From: a gamma proteobacterium HTCC2207
Lineage (GTDB): Bacteria > Pseudomonadota > Gammaproteobacteria > Pseudomonadales > Porticoccaceae
DNA length: 64,000 nucleotides
Direction of reading: 5' to 3'
Assembly: GCA_905182855.1 (NCBI GenBank)
Contig: CAJJDA010000009.1
Coordinates: 189,309 to 253,308, forward strand
Part shown: piece after piece, positions 53,876-63,024 of the stretch
Position numbering within the stretch: the stretch's first letter is position 1
Layout of the letters: every line of letters starts with the position of its first letter
Position numbers and translations under genes: made by a program
The notes under the pieces: model-generated
Database searches by the model: none
What the model saw: the letters and a program-made list of their open reading frames with translations, nothing else
What the model was told of the DNA's origin: nothing

Positions 53876-54046
53876 TGTGGCTAATCCAGCATAGCTAGTC
53901 ACTGACTCATTGATTAGAGTCTAGAACGCCATGCTACCTTTACTGAGCCAAGCCACTACGCATATTACTACGCCTTGGCAAATTTACCGCAAGATCGAAA
54001 TATGCAGCATCTATGTCAGTCTACTGATTTTGGCCGTTAAAATAGG

Positions 54047-54130
54047 TTGAAATCTAACGTCAGTAGGTTTATATTCGACGGGCTATAACAAAAAAAGCAG
54101 GTGCGATTGTTTTAAAGTACGCTGATTGTT
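54047..54130 (+). promoter_or_regulatory. Sigma70 promoter TTGAAA-N17-TATATT, followed by operator site 6 (AAAAAGCA-GGTG-CGATTGTT, 54092-54111) and an extra half-site TGATTGTT (54123-54130)
   Basis: Promoter spacing and palindrome read directly from the sequence. Confidence 0.62.
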
Positions 54131-54223
54131 TTTTTTGTAGCCTAAAGGGGATTGATACAGGACAACAATATTGGGTCTGTATCAGCTTTCATCAATAATA
54201 ATGTTATGCCGAGGAACTAATTC

Positions 54224-56437
54224 ATGAAATCTCAAAATAGCTTTAAAAAATCACTGCTACCCGCTCTGATTTCCGTGTTGGTACTGCCAATATGCGCCCA
54301 AGGGGCCTATGGTGCTACGACGCTGGAAGAAATTGTTGTTACAGCGCGTAAGCGCCAAGAGTCTATCCAAGACGTCCCTGTTGCGGTTACCGCATTAAGC
54401 CCTGGGCAATTAGAGCGTGGATCTATTACCAGCTCGCTCGATCTAGCCAAGTTGGCGCCAAACGTACAACTTCATGAAACCGCTATTGGATCAGAATCAC
54501 TGAGTGCTTCCATCCGTGGGTTGAGCTACGACGATATTGAAAAATCGATCGAACCAACTGTGGGCGTGTCTATAGACGGTGTCTTTTTAGCCAGTAATTC
54601 CGGCGGTGTTTTCGACATGTTTGATGTCGAATCGGTTGAAGTTCTGCGCGGCCCTCAGGGCACGCTATTTGGTCGTAATACGATTGGTGGTGTAATCAGC
54701 GTCAATAGAACGCAGCCAACTGGCGAGTGGGGCGGTAAGGTAGAAGTCACCTCTGGCGACGAAAACATGACCGACGTCAAGGCCATCCTTAATATGCCTT
54801 TAGGCGCCAATGGTGGCATCAAAATAGCCGTCAAGGACAAGCAATCAGATTCCCATGTCTACAATACGACACTGAAAATGCATCGTCCAATGAAGGACTC
54901 TGAGACCTTTACTCTGTCGGCCAAATATAACTTCACCGACAATACCTCTGCCCAATTTACCTATGATTCATATGATCATAACACCACTGCGGCCGATAAT
55001 GTGTTTGTAGCGACCGGGTTTCTGGCATCGATTGGGTTCGGAGATGGCGCCATAGCGTCGGAAAAAAATGACTGGAAGACCTCTCCTCAGTTGAACCCGC
55101 TAACAGCGACCTTAGAAGGTGACAATTACACCGCTAAAGTGACCCATACTGGCGAGAACTACGAGATCAAATATATTATGGGCATAATGGACTACGAAGA
55201 AGAAGTCCATGAGTCTTCGTGGGGTATTAACGGGGTATTCTTCCCAGTTGATAGAAACCAGGAGTTCAAACAGACGTCTCACGAAGTTCAGTTTATTTCT
55301 GACTTTGATGGTCCTATGAACGTTGTAGCTGGTGTCTACATGATGGAAGCTGACTCTTGGATCACGTCAGGGCCTGCAGTGCAGTTCACCGCAGACCACA
55401 ACGTAGAGACTACCGCGGTGTTTGGTGAAATCAACTATGATCTCAGCGACGTCTGGTCCTTAACCGTAGGTGCTAGATACACCGAAGAAGATAAAGACCT
55501 GGATTCGCGATCTTGGGTGACAGGCAGCAGCAATGTACCCCGCCTTTCGAATAGCAGAGATCCATCGCTTTTACTCAATGCCGGTACGCCAAGCTTTAGC
55601 GACGACAACATTTCTTACAGAGTGGTTCTGCAGAGAGAATTTGAACTGGGCATGATGTATGCCTCGTACTCCACTGGCTTTCGCAGTGGGGGTTTCTTTA
55701 ACCGCGGGTCCACTGACTCCGAATTGGCGCCGTTTCAATCCGAAGAAGTGGAAAGTATGGAAATCGGTATGCGCAGCAACCCCACTGACAATTCGCAGTT
55801 GAACCTAACCTACTTCATGGCCGATTATAGCGACAAGCAAACTACGATCATTACCGCCGGTAATGACCCAGTCTGTGGTAAATCAAATGAATTTGTAGCA
55901 GGCGTAACCTGTTCATTTGTTCGCAACGCAGGTGAAGTTAGCATGGAAGGCTTAGAGCTTGAGTATGTATTGATGCCGACTGAAGAACTGACCCTAAGAG
56001 CCACCGTCGGCACCTTGGATACAGATATTGACGAGTTCAATTATAATGGCGTCGATATATCCAACAAAGCTCACATGCTGTATGCGCCCGAGTTAACTGC
56101 GTATTTTGGTGCGGAGCACACATCTGATCTTGGCGGCGGCACACTCACCATCAATGCAGGTTGGAGCTACAAGGACGACATGTACACCCAAGCGGACTGG
56201 TCCACCTACGATCCAGCAACGGGTCCAGAGACCGTTATTGAGAGTTATGAGAGCTTAGATCTGTCAGCCACCTACCTTAAGGACATGGGCGCTGGGACTC
56301 TCAAGGTACGGCTCTACGGTACCGACATTCTAGAAGAGGGCAACAGAGTCAGTCGTCGATATGATGCAGGCGCCTTTGCTTGGGCAGAACTTGCTGCACG
56401 TCGTCAGTTTGGTGTGACCGTAGGATTTGAGTTCTAA
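54224..56437 (+). CDS. TonB-dependent receptor
   Basis: Signal peptide, LEEIVVTARKR TonB box, EVLRGPQGTLFGRNT plug, C-terminal Phe. Confidence 0.95.
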   Translation: MKSQNSFKKSLLPALISVLVLPICAQGAYGATTLEEIVVTARKRQESIQDVPVAVTALSPGQLERGSITSSLDLAKLAPNVQLHETAIGSESLSASIRGLSYDDIEKSIEPTVGVSIDGVFLASNSGGVFDMFDVESVEVLRGPQGTLFGRNTIGGVISVNRTQPTGEWGGKVEVTSGDENMTDVKAILNMPLGANGGIKIAVKDKQSDSHVYNTTLKMHRPMKDSETFTLSAKYNFTDNTSAQFTYDSYDHNTTAADNVFVATGFLASIGFGDGAIASEKNDWKTSPQLNPLTATLEGDNYTAKVTHTGENYEIKYIMGIMDYEEEVHESSWGINGVFFPVDRNQEFKQTSHEVQFISDFDGPMNVVAGVYMMEADSWITSGPAVQFTADHNVETTAVFGEINYDLSDVWSLTVGARYTEEDKDLDSRSWVTGSSNVPRLSNSRDPSLLLNAGTPSFSDDNISYRVVLQREFELGMMYASYSTGFRSGGFFNRGSTDSELAPFQSEEVESMEIGMRSNPTDNSQLNLTYFMADYSDKQTTIITAGNDPVCGKSNEFVAGVTCSFVRNAGEVSMEGLELEYVLMPTEELTLRATVGTLDTDIDEFNYNGVDISNKAHMLYAPELTAYFGAEHTSDLGGGTLTINAGWSYKDDMYTQADWSTYDPATGPETVIESYESLDLSATYLKDMGAGTLKVRLYGTDILEEGNRVSRRYDAGAFAWAELAARRQFGVTVGFEF

Positions 56438-56460
56438 ATATCTGAGCTCAAGAAAGACCC

Positions 56461-56497
56461 AAAGGCGGTTGAACTCAGGTTCAACCGCCTTTTTTTT
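56461..56497 (+). terminator. Intrinsic terminator of the TBDR gene
   Basis: 14-bp stem AAAGGCGGTTGAAC/GTTCAACCGCCTTT followed by a T-run. Confidence 0.88.
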
Positions 56498-56651
56498 AGC
56501 GGTGATAAAGGATGTCTTAATACTTGGATCAGCAGTCCGACCAAGGCGACTACTTAAAAGCACGTAGCCACGTTCCAGACAATACTGCACTAGGCAGGCA
56601 AAGTCTGAGGCTCAGCGGCAGCTTTGATTAGACCACACTCAAACTGACGGC

Positions 56652-56682
56652 AAAAAAAAGCCGCTGAATAGAGCGGCTTTTT
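56652..56682 (-). terminator. Intrinsic terminator of the leftward operon
   Basis: A8-GCCGCT-loop-AGCGGC-T5. Confidence 0.8.
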
Positions 56683-56722
56683 CTGTTACTGCGGATGTTT
56701 GACTGCTCACATCAAGACTTAC

Positions 56723-57490
56723 TCAAAAGCCCATTTCTGTCGCGGTTGGAATCCGACGAAGAGTTTGACCACCTGAAATATCCAACATCCGGCCGGTCAT
56801 AAATGACTCATCAGACAGTAGCCACAGCGCTGCATTGGCCATATCATCAGTGGACGGCAATCTTCCCAGGGGTATCTCATTGGTAAATGCCTGTTCAATA
56901 GCCGGCATTGCAAGAAAACCTGCCGTCATAGCGCTGGGGGTAAAGCCAGGAGACAGCGAATTGACACGAATATTTTGCGCACCGTACTCAACGGCCGCTA
57001 TACGCACGATATGATCTGCGCCACTCTTGGTACCCGCGTAAGCCGCAAGCCCTGGAGGCGCCAATAGAGCCGTCTGTGAGGAGGTTGTTACCACCGAGCC
57101 ACCCTCGGTCATGCGCGCAGTCATATGCTTGATAAACAGCGTCGTGCCAATTAGGTGAACATCGCAATTCTGTTGCAATACCTCACGACTGATATCGGCA
57201 ATCGCTGAGGAGGTTTCGATACCCGCGAAATTAATCGCGCCATCGAGCTTGCCATAGTTTGAGATAGCGGCCTCAGCCAATGCTGCCAATTGCTGTTCAT
57301 TGGTAATATCGCAACCGATCGACACAGCGTCAATACTATCGGCAATAGCCTGAACCCTATCAAGTCTGCGAGCAGCCAATACTAGTTTAGCACCCTCCTC
57401 GCTGCAACGCCGCGCTGTTGCGGCGCCCATGCTGCGCTCATCTGACGCGCCCAAAATAACGATTACTTTGCCGTCTAATCTACCTGCCAT
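56723..57490 (-). CDS. Short-chain dehydrogenase/reductase (atypical GASDERSMG cofactor loop)
   Basis: NFAG, YAGTK, RVNSLSPG. Confidence 0.87.
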   Translation of the reverse strand: MAGRLDGKVIVILGASDERSMGAATARRCSEEGAKLVLAARRLDRVQAIADSIDAVSIGCDITNEQQLAALAEAAISNYGKLDGAINFAGIETSSAIADISREVLQQNCDVHLIGTTLFIKHMTARMTEGGSVVTTSSQTALLAPPGLAAYAGTKSGADHIVRIAAVEYGAQNIRVNSLSPGFTPSAMTAGFLAMPAIEQAFTNEIPLGRLPSTDDMANAALWLLSDESFMTGRMLDISGGQTLRRIPTATEMGF

Positions 57491-57534
57491 ATCTGTACCT
57501 CTTTAAACTCGTTAATATTAGTGACTGACAGCAA

Positions 57535-58551
57535 TTAAATTTTAACCAATTGCTTGCCAAAATTGTGACCCGAAAAAAGGCCCGCTAAAGCAGCAGGACA
57601 TTGCTCTATCCCCTCTAGCACATGCTCTTTGACTAGAATTTTTCCATCATCAACCCATTGCTTTAATTGCGTTATTGCCTCGGGGTAACGTTCGACATGA
57701 TCGAGCACGATAAACCCTTCCATATGGGCCCGGCGAATCACCAGCTGCATATAATTTTTTGGCCCCGGCGGCAATGCTTTGGTTTGATAACCGCTAGAAA
57801 TACCGCCGCAGAGAACCACCCGTGCATGGTTAGACAAATTCACAAGGGCCGAATCGAGGATTTCTCCACCCACATTATCAAAAAAGACATTGATGCTGTT
57901 TTTGCACAACTGGCTCATGCGCTCATCGACCGATTCCGACTTGTAGTCGATCACGGCATCGTAGCCAAGCTCATCGACCAACCACCGGCACTTGGCCTGA
58001 CCTCCCGCGATACCCACAACATGACAACCCATCAACTTAGCAATCTGGCCCACAGTAGATCCTGTTGCCCCAGCGGCACCAGAAATCACTACCGTATCAC
58101 CGGCCTTTGGCGCGCCAATATCCAGCAGCCCAAAGTACGCAGTAAGGCCCGTAAGACCATAAATATGCAGTGGATAAGACATTGGTATGCCGTCGGGTAT
58201 TTTGGCCACAGGAAATAACCCAGTGCCATCACTGATGGCATACTCCTGCCAGCCAAAACCGCCCTGCACTCGCTCTCCAACATTATAATCACTGTGTTTG
58301 CTTGCAATGACTTCACCAACCGCCATAGAGCGCATCACTTCACCAATGGCAACGGGCGGCACGTAGCTGCGAACATCGTTTAGCCATCCGCGCTGGGCGG
58401 GTTCAAATGAAAGGTAGTGATTCTTAACCAGAAACTCGCCATCCGCTAAGTCGCGAACAGGTTCAGTCTCGAAGTTAAAATGCTCCTCACTGGCGGTTGT
58501 TTCCGGACGTGACTTTAATGTCCATTTTTTGTTGCTTAACGGTGCTGTCAT
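57535..58551 (-). CDS. NADP-dependent ene-reductase (4)
   Basis: Motifs SFEPAQRGW, SGAAGATG, FFDNVGG, GKQLVKI. Confidence 0.9.
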   Translation of the reverse strand: MTAPLSNKKWTLKSRPETTASEEHFNFETEPVRDLADGEFLVKNHYLSFEPAQRGWLNDVRSYVPPVAIGEVMRSMAVGEVIASKHSDYNVGERVQGGFGWQEYAISDGTGLFPVAKIPDGIPMSYPLHIYGLTGLTAYFGLLDIGAPKAGDTVVISGAAGATGSTVGQIAKLMGCHVVGIAGGQAKCRWLVDELGYDAVIDYKSESVDERMSQLCKNSINVFFDNVGGEILDSALVNLSNHARVVLCGGISSGYQTKALPPGPKNYMQLVIRRAHMEGFIVLDHVERYPEAITQLKQWVDDGKILVKEHVLEGIEQCPAALAGLFSGHNFGKQLVKI

Positions 58552-58721
58552 GGGTTGTACCTAATAAGTGATGAGTCTGTGTGATGGAGATTGGCACCAT
58601 CCAGATGTCTGGTGCAGCCATCACAAGCGATGTCGATCGATAGAGACGTCGTGTCATTATTATCCTTAATTAACATTTCCTACTGTGACTGCAGGTGAGG
58701 CTCAAACATCACAGCAAACCG

Positions 58722-60493
58722 TTAATCAGCCACCTCGACGCGAATCAGCTGACCATGGTTTTTATTCGGTAACCAGACCGTAATGCGGTCGGCGCTATTA
58801 TCCACTACGACCTTGCGTGCGTCATAAGGCACTGGCATTAGGTACTTAACCACCTTTCCCGTGGCAGGGTCGAGTCGCAGCAGACGGTCGGAGCCAGTGC
58901 TGGATATCCAAATTTTTCCAGTGCGGTCTGGACGCGCATAATAAGGCGAAATATGCCTCGGCTGCAGCGGGTACTCAGTAATCTTGTCACTGTTCAAGTC
59001 GATCATGGCTACATTGTCAGCAAAAAATTCGGTAAACCAGAAATGATTGTTGGTATCTCTATAACCCCGCCTTGGGTAGGCATTGGGCGTTGGTGTGGGT
59101 ACCAACCGCACATTGCCCTCGCCATCTGAACGCGCAATGGCAGAGGCCTCAGGGGCGGTACAAAGGAAGTTGCCTTGAGCATCCTGATCCATCATGTAGC
59201 AGTAGTTTAACTGACCGAAACGATTGGGGTCGCTGGGCAATGGCTTGTCGTCAAACAGCATAATACCCTCGCCTAATTCACCCGTCTCAATATCTAAGCG
59301 GAAAGCATGCTCATGGCGTATTGGCCATCGGGAAAGGTGGTAATACCGGTGGCCCAGAGACCTTTTTCATTTGCCCGTACTGGCCCGAGAAAGGGATTTT
59401 TCCATACCACAGGCAAGTCAAAGGTCTGCCAGGTTTCAGTGGCAGGTGTAAACGCCGCATGTTTATTACCACCGACCCCTACCCAGACCGTATCACTGCC
59501 GTCGACCTGTATATCCTGAACGCCAACAATCCGACTGAGACCCTCAGCTGCCTCTGGTAAAAAGTTGGGCGCGGGCCATTCGGAGAAGGCCCCCGTGCGG
59601 GGGTCGAGCTTACCAATAAAGTCCCAGCCGGTATTGCCGTACCAGACATTGCCTTTTGAATCCACATCCAAATCATGGATCACACTGGGCTGGCGGGGAA
59701 TCGGAAATACGGTAACGGTAGCATTGGTACCTTCACCAGAGGGCCGCGGCAAGGTCTTTAGCGGATAGTCCCACTGCGACTCTCCATCACTCAAATTGAC
59801 GGTGGCCAGAAACTCCGCAATGTCAGCGGCTTGACGACCGTACCAGACGAGGCCTTCAAGAGGCTGCGGCTTTGAAACTACCTGAATGCGACTTGCCGAG
59901 GCATGGTCTGTTTCATAGGTTTTCATACGCTGAATAACACTGAGAAATTGTTCAGCCGAATAGCCTGACCGCGCCACCCTTTCGAGTGAATGGCAGAAAC
60001 CACAGTTGACCATATTACGGACCAATAAATCTTTTTGAGCTTCGCTCCCAGGAAAGCTTTTAACCCAGTCCAGCGACGTCAGCTGAGAGGCGAGGCGCAG
60101 TGGATCAGTAACGGCGATTAACGACAGATCGAGCCGTGCCGAATTGTTATCCTTAATGACAACAATTTGTGGCGCATCAGACACCGACATTTGATAACCC
60201 GCGGCCCTCACGCTAATCACATATCTACCGGAGGTAACTCGGTCTCGTTGAAATTGGTATTGACCCAAGGCATCCGAGGTGACCGCTGTCAATATTGTCT
60301 CGTCGACAGCTCGCAACATTACCACCACGCCTTCCATAGGACCCTCTTCACTCGACAAAACAGCTCCGTGCAGGGCGATACTAGCCGACTGAGCATGCTG
60401 TTTGTCAGTGCAACCAGAACCCGCCAGCAATAGGATTAACACAAGATGCCTGATACCCCAACCTTGGGAGATTAACTTAATACCCTTAAACAA
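58722..60493 (-). CDS. Putative exported lipoprotein: carboxypeptidase-regulatory-like domain + c-type heme + Vgb-like beta-propeller (frameshift near 59320)
   Basis: Lipobox-like LLAGSGC; G.V...EGPMEGVVV...TSDALGQYQF; CGFCH; repeats such as DSKGNVWY and GKLDPRTGAFSEW. The two ORFs join through RHEHAFRLDIETGELGEG. Confidence 0.75.
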
Positions 60494-60757
60494 GCGCCAC
60501 AGCCAGTTGCCTGAGGAACATTGGTTTGTCAGAAACGGGATTAGGCTGAAATAGACTCATAGTAAATCCTCAAAGGCGGTTAAGGGCTACAATATCGACA
60601 AGATTGCTACCGTTGTTGAGGACAATCACTGTTCGAAGCCCAACATCAAAAAAATGAGTCCCTGTGCGTAAGGGTGAACGCTCGAGTCCTCCGGCAGCAT
60701 TAGCCACAGTAACCAGCGGGGACGACCAGCCGATAAAACTGTGCATCAACATCGAGG

Positions 60758-62101
60758 CTACGTTAACGCTTCAGTATTGATGGTATCGGTATCGACATAA
60801 TCATTGAGTAACTCGTGGAACCGCTGCACGCGCTTTTCCTGGTAGGTAAGAAAGCAGCTGTTAAAGCCACGAGAATTCAGTCCCTGCTGCTGACTGGCGC
60901 CTATGCTCAGGTCCTGGTCTGCAACAAACCCCACTGACTGCCCATCACCGTAGACACTATGCCGATGTTCGGCCCATTCCATAGGCACAGGACCAATAGG
61001 CGTCACAACTTCTTTCATCCCCTCGACCGGCGGAACGATTACCCAATGGTGAAAGATGCATTTTTGCGGGTCGGTTGGATGAGGTTCTGTGCTCATTATC
61101 TGACATTGTTCCGGCGACATGGTAATCGTGAGATTGGGGAACAGCGTGCAGTGAAAATAATCCACCAACTGCTGGTCGCTCATGTTGACGTAGTTACTGT
61201 ACCCTCGCTCAGGGCCCAAACGTCGCTTGGCCTCAATAATGGCCTCTCGTATATCCGCCGACCGGCCTTCAAAATCTGCTGGATCAAGATCCCAGGCGCG
61301 CGCTACATCATCCAGAGGACTGGGCACCTCTCCCGACTGAAAAGAAGGATTCCGAGTAGAGGCTTGATGCCCCTTCATCCACATGGAGTTATGTCCACTT
61401 TCATACATTTCGAACAACGTGTCAGGTAGACCGTCGTTGATGATCGTCGACAGTTCCGGGTGAATAGTCGGCAAGTGATAACTCTCATTAAAGTTGTCAC
61501 GTATGATTTTCCAATTAAAATCGGCGTCCGCCGACAGATACATCACTCGAATCCAGTTATCCAGACCGTAGTCCTTTAATCGTTCAGGTAATGGTGCCAG
61601 CCATTCCAATAATGGTTTTACGTCAGTATCCATACAATAGAAAACAAAAGGGCCCCATGTCTCACAGCGCACTTCACTGAGACTAACCTTGCCGCAGGGA
61701 TCGCCTCCAGGGAAGTCATCCGGATCCTGCACGTGCACCAGTAGACCATCTGAAGAATATTGCCAGCCGTGATAACCGCAAGTAATCCTTTCACTGCCAC
61801 CTATGTCGCCCAGAATCAATCGATTACCGCGGTGCGGACAGGTATTATAAAAAGCCTTAATCGAGTCATCCGCTTGACGAACCATAATGACCGACTCTTT
61901 GCCGAGATTGTGTCGAACATAATCACCCTCTTGCTCAAACTCAGCGACCATAGCCCCAAGCAGCCAAACCCGCGGCCACAGATGCTCACTTTCTCGCTCC
62001 ATGAACGCAGTAGAAATATAACGCTCCGCGGTGATAGCATCGCCCCGTAACGGAAGATCAAATTCCGCGGAATATCGCGAACTCCCAGATTCTGCCGCCA
62101 T
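60758..62101 (-). CDS. Rieske non-heme iron oxygenase alpha subunit (3)
   Basis: CPH...CGYHGW; ESYHLPTIH. Confidence 0.92.
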   Translation of the reverse strand: MAAESGSSRYSAEFDLPLRGDAITAERYISTAFMERESEHLWPRVWLLGAMVAEFEQEGDYVRHNLGKESVIMVRQADDSIKAFYNTCPHRGNRLILGDIGGSERITCGYHGWQYSSDGLLVHVQDPDDFPGGDPCGKVSLSEVRCETWGPFVFYCMDTDVKPLLEWLAPLPERLKDYGLDNWIRVMYLSADADFNWKIIRDNFNESYHLPTIHPELSTIINDGLPDTLFEMYESGHNSMWMKGHQASTRNPSFQSGEVPSPLDDVARAWDLDPADFEGRSADIREAIIEAKRRLGPERGYSNYVNMSDQQLVDYFHCTLFPNLTITMSPEQCQIMSTEPHPTDPQKCIFHHWVIVPPVEGMKEVVTPIGPVPMEWAEHRHSVYGDGQSVGFVADQDLSIGASQQQGLNSRGFNSCFLTYQEKRVQRFHELLNDYVDTDTINTEALT

Positions 62102-62219
62102 GATATAGCCCCTGTGTTGCCGCCCCGTCTGAGAGAGCGTTGATTAATAATTTGCGTATTTATCGGTCTGAGGCGATCAAACCCTTAAAATACTTCGAGT
62201 TGACGCTGAGCTCAATACA

Positions 62220-62981
62220 TTACCCAGCAATAAGGCCGCCATCGACGACTAGTTCTGCACCAGTCACATAACTGGCCTCATCAGACGCAAGAAATAGAAC
62301 ACAGTTAGCCACTTCCTCTGGGTATCCCATCCGACCGAATGGCACCATAGTGCCCAGCTGTGCATGCCCCTCTGGATTATCCCGCCGCGCATCGTTTTGA
62401 ATGTTAGTTTCAATCAAACCGGGATGCAGGGAATTACAACGCACACCGTCCGCAGCATGCTCAATGGCAACGCATTTACTCAATATTTGTACGCCGGCTT
62501 TAGCCATGCCATAGACCGACACAGCTGCCATAGCACGCATCCCGGCCACCGATGACATGTTGACAATAGAACCGCCGCCAGAGTCTTTCATCGCCGGTAC
62601 TGCTTTCTGGCAACCGAGAAAAACACTGCGAAGATTAACGTCCATCTGCATATTATAATCTGCCTGCGTATACTCATTAATCGGCTTGAGCACGGCAATA
62701 CCTGCATTGTTGACGAGGACATCCAGTCCCCCAAAGCGCTCCACAGTCGCATCAATAACTTCCTGCCAACGCTGCTCATCAACAACATTTTGTTCCATAG
62801 TCAGCACTTCGGCACCCATAGCAGTTAGCTCTTTTTCAACTGCGGCCAACCCGACCATATCAATGTCGGTGATAACCAACTTGGCGCCTTCTTGAGCAAA
62901 GCGCATAACCGTAGAATAACCCAGACCTGGATTAGAGGCTGCGCCGGTAATAATGGCAATCTTATTTAGCATTCTAGACAT
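62220..62981 (-). CDS. Short-chain dehydrogenase/reductase
   Basis: Motifs TGAASNPGLG, NNAG, YGMAK. Confidence 0.9.
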   Translation of the reverse strand: MSRMLNKIAIITGAASNPGLGYSTVMRFAQEGAKLVITDIDMVGLAAVEKELTAMGAEVLTMEQNVVDEQRWQEVIDATVERFGGLDVLVNNAGIAVLKPINEYTQADYNMQMDVNLRSVFLGCQKAVPAMKDSGGGSIVNMSSVAGMRAMAAVSVYGMAKAGVQILSKCVAIEHAADGVRCNSLHPGLIETNIQNDARRDNPEGHAQLGTMVPFGRMGYPEEVANCVLFLASDEASYVTGAELVVDGGLIAG

Positions 62982-63024
62982 CGAAATTTTCCTTATAATT
63001 AGGTTTAAACACAGGATGTATTAG

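Noticed and set aside
53975-53992. Sigma54 promoter (GG-N10-GC) upstream of the TBDR
   Set aside because: The -12 element is CCGC rather than TTGC, and a better sigma70 promoter lies at 54047-54075.
60570-60752. 60-aa ORF between the Rieske and heme-propeller genes
   Set aside because: No clear RBS and no recognisable domain, so it cannot be supported.
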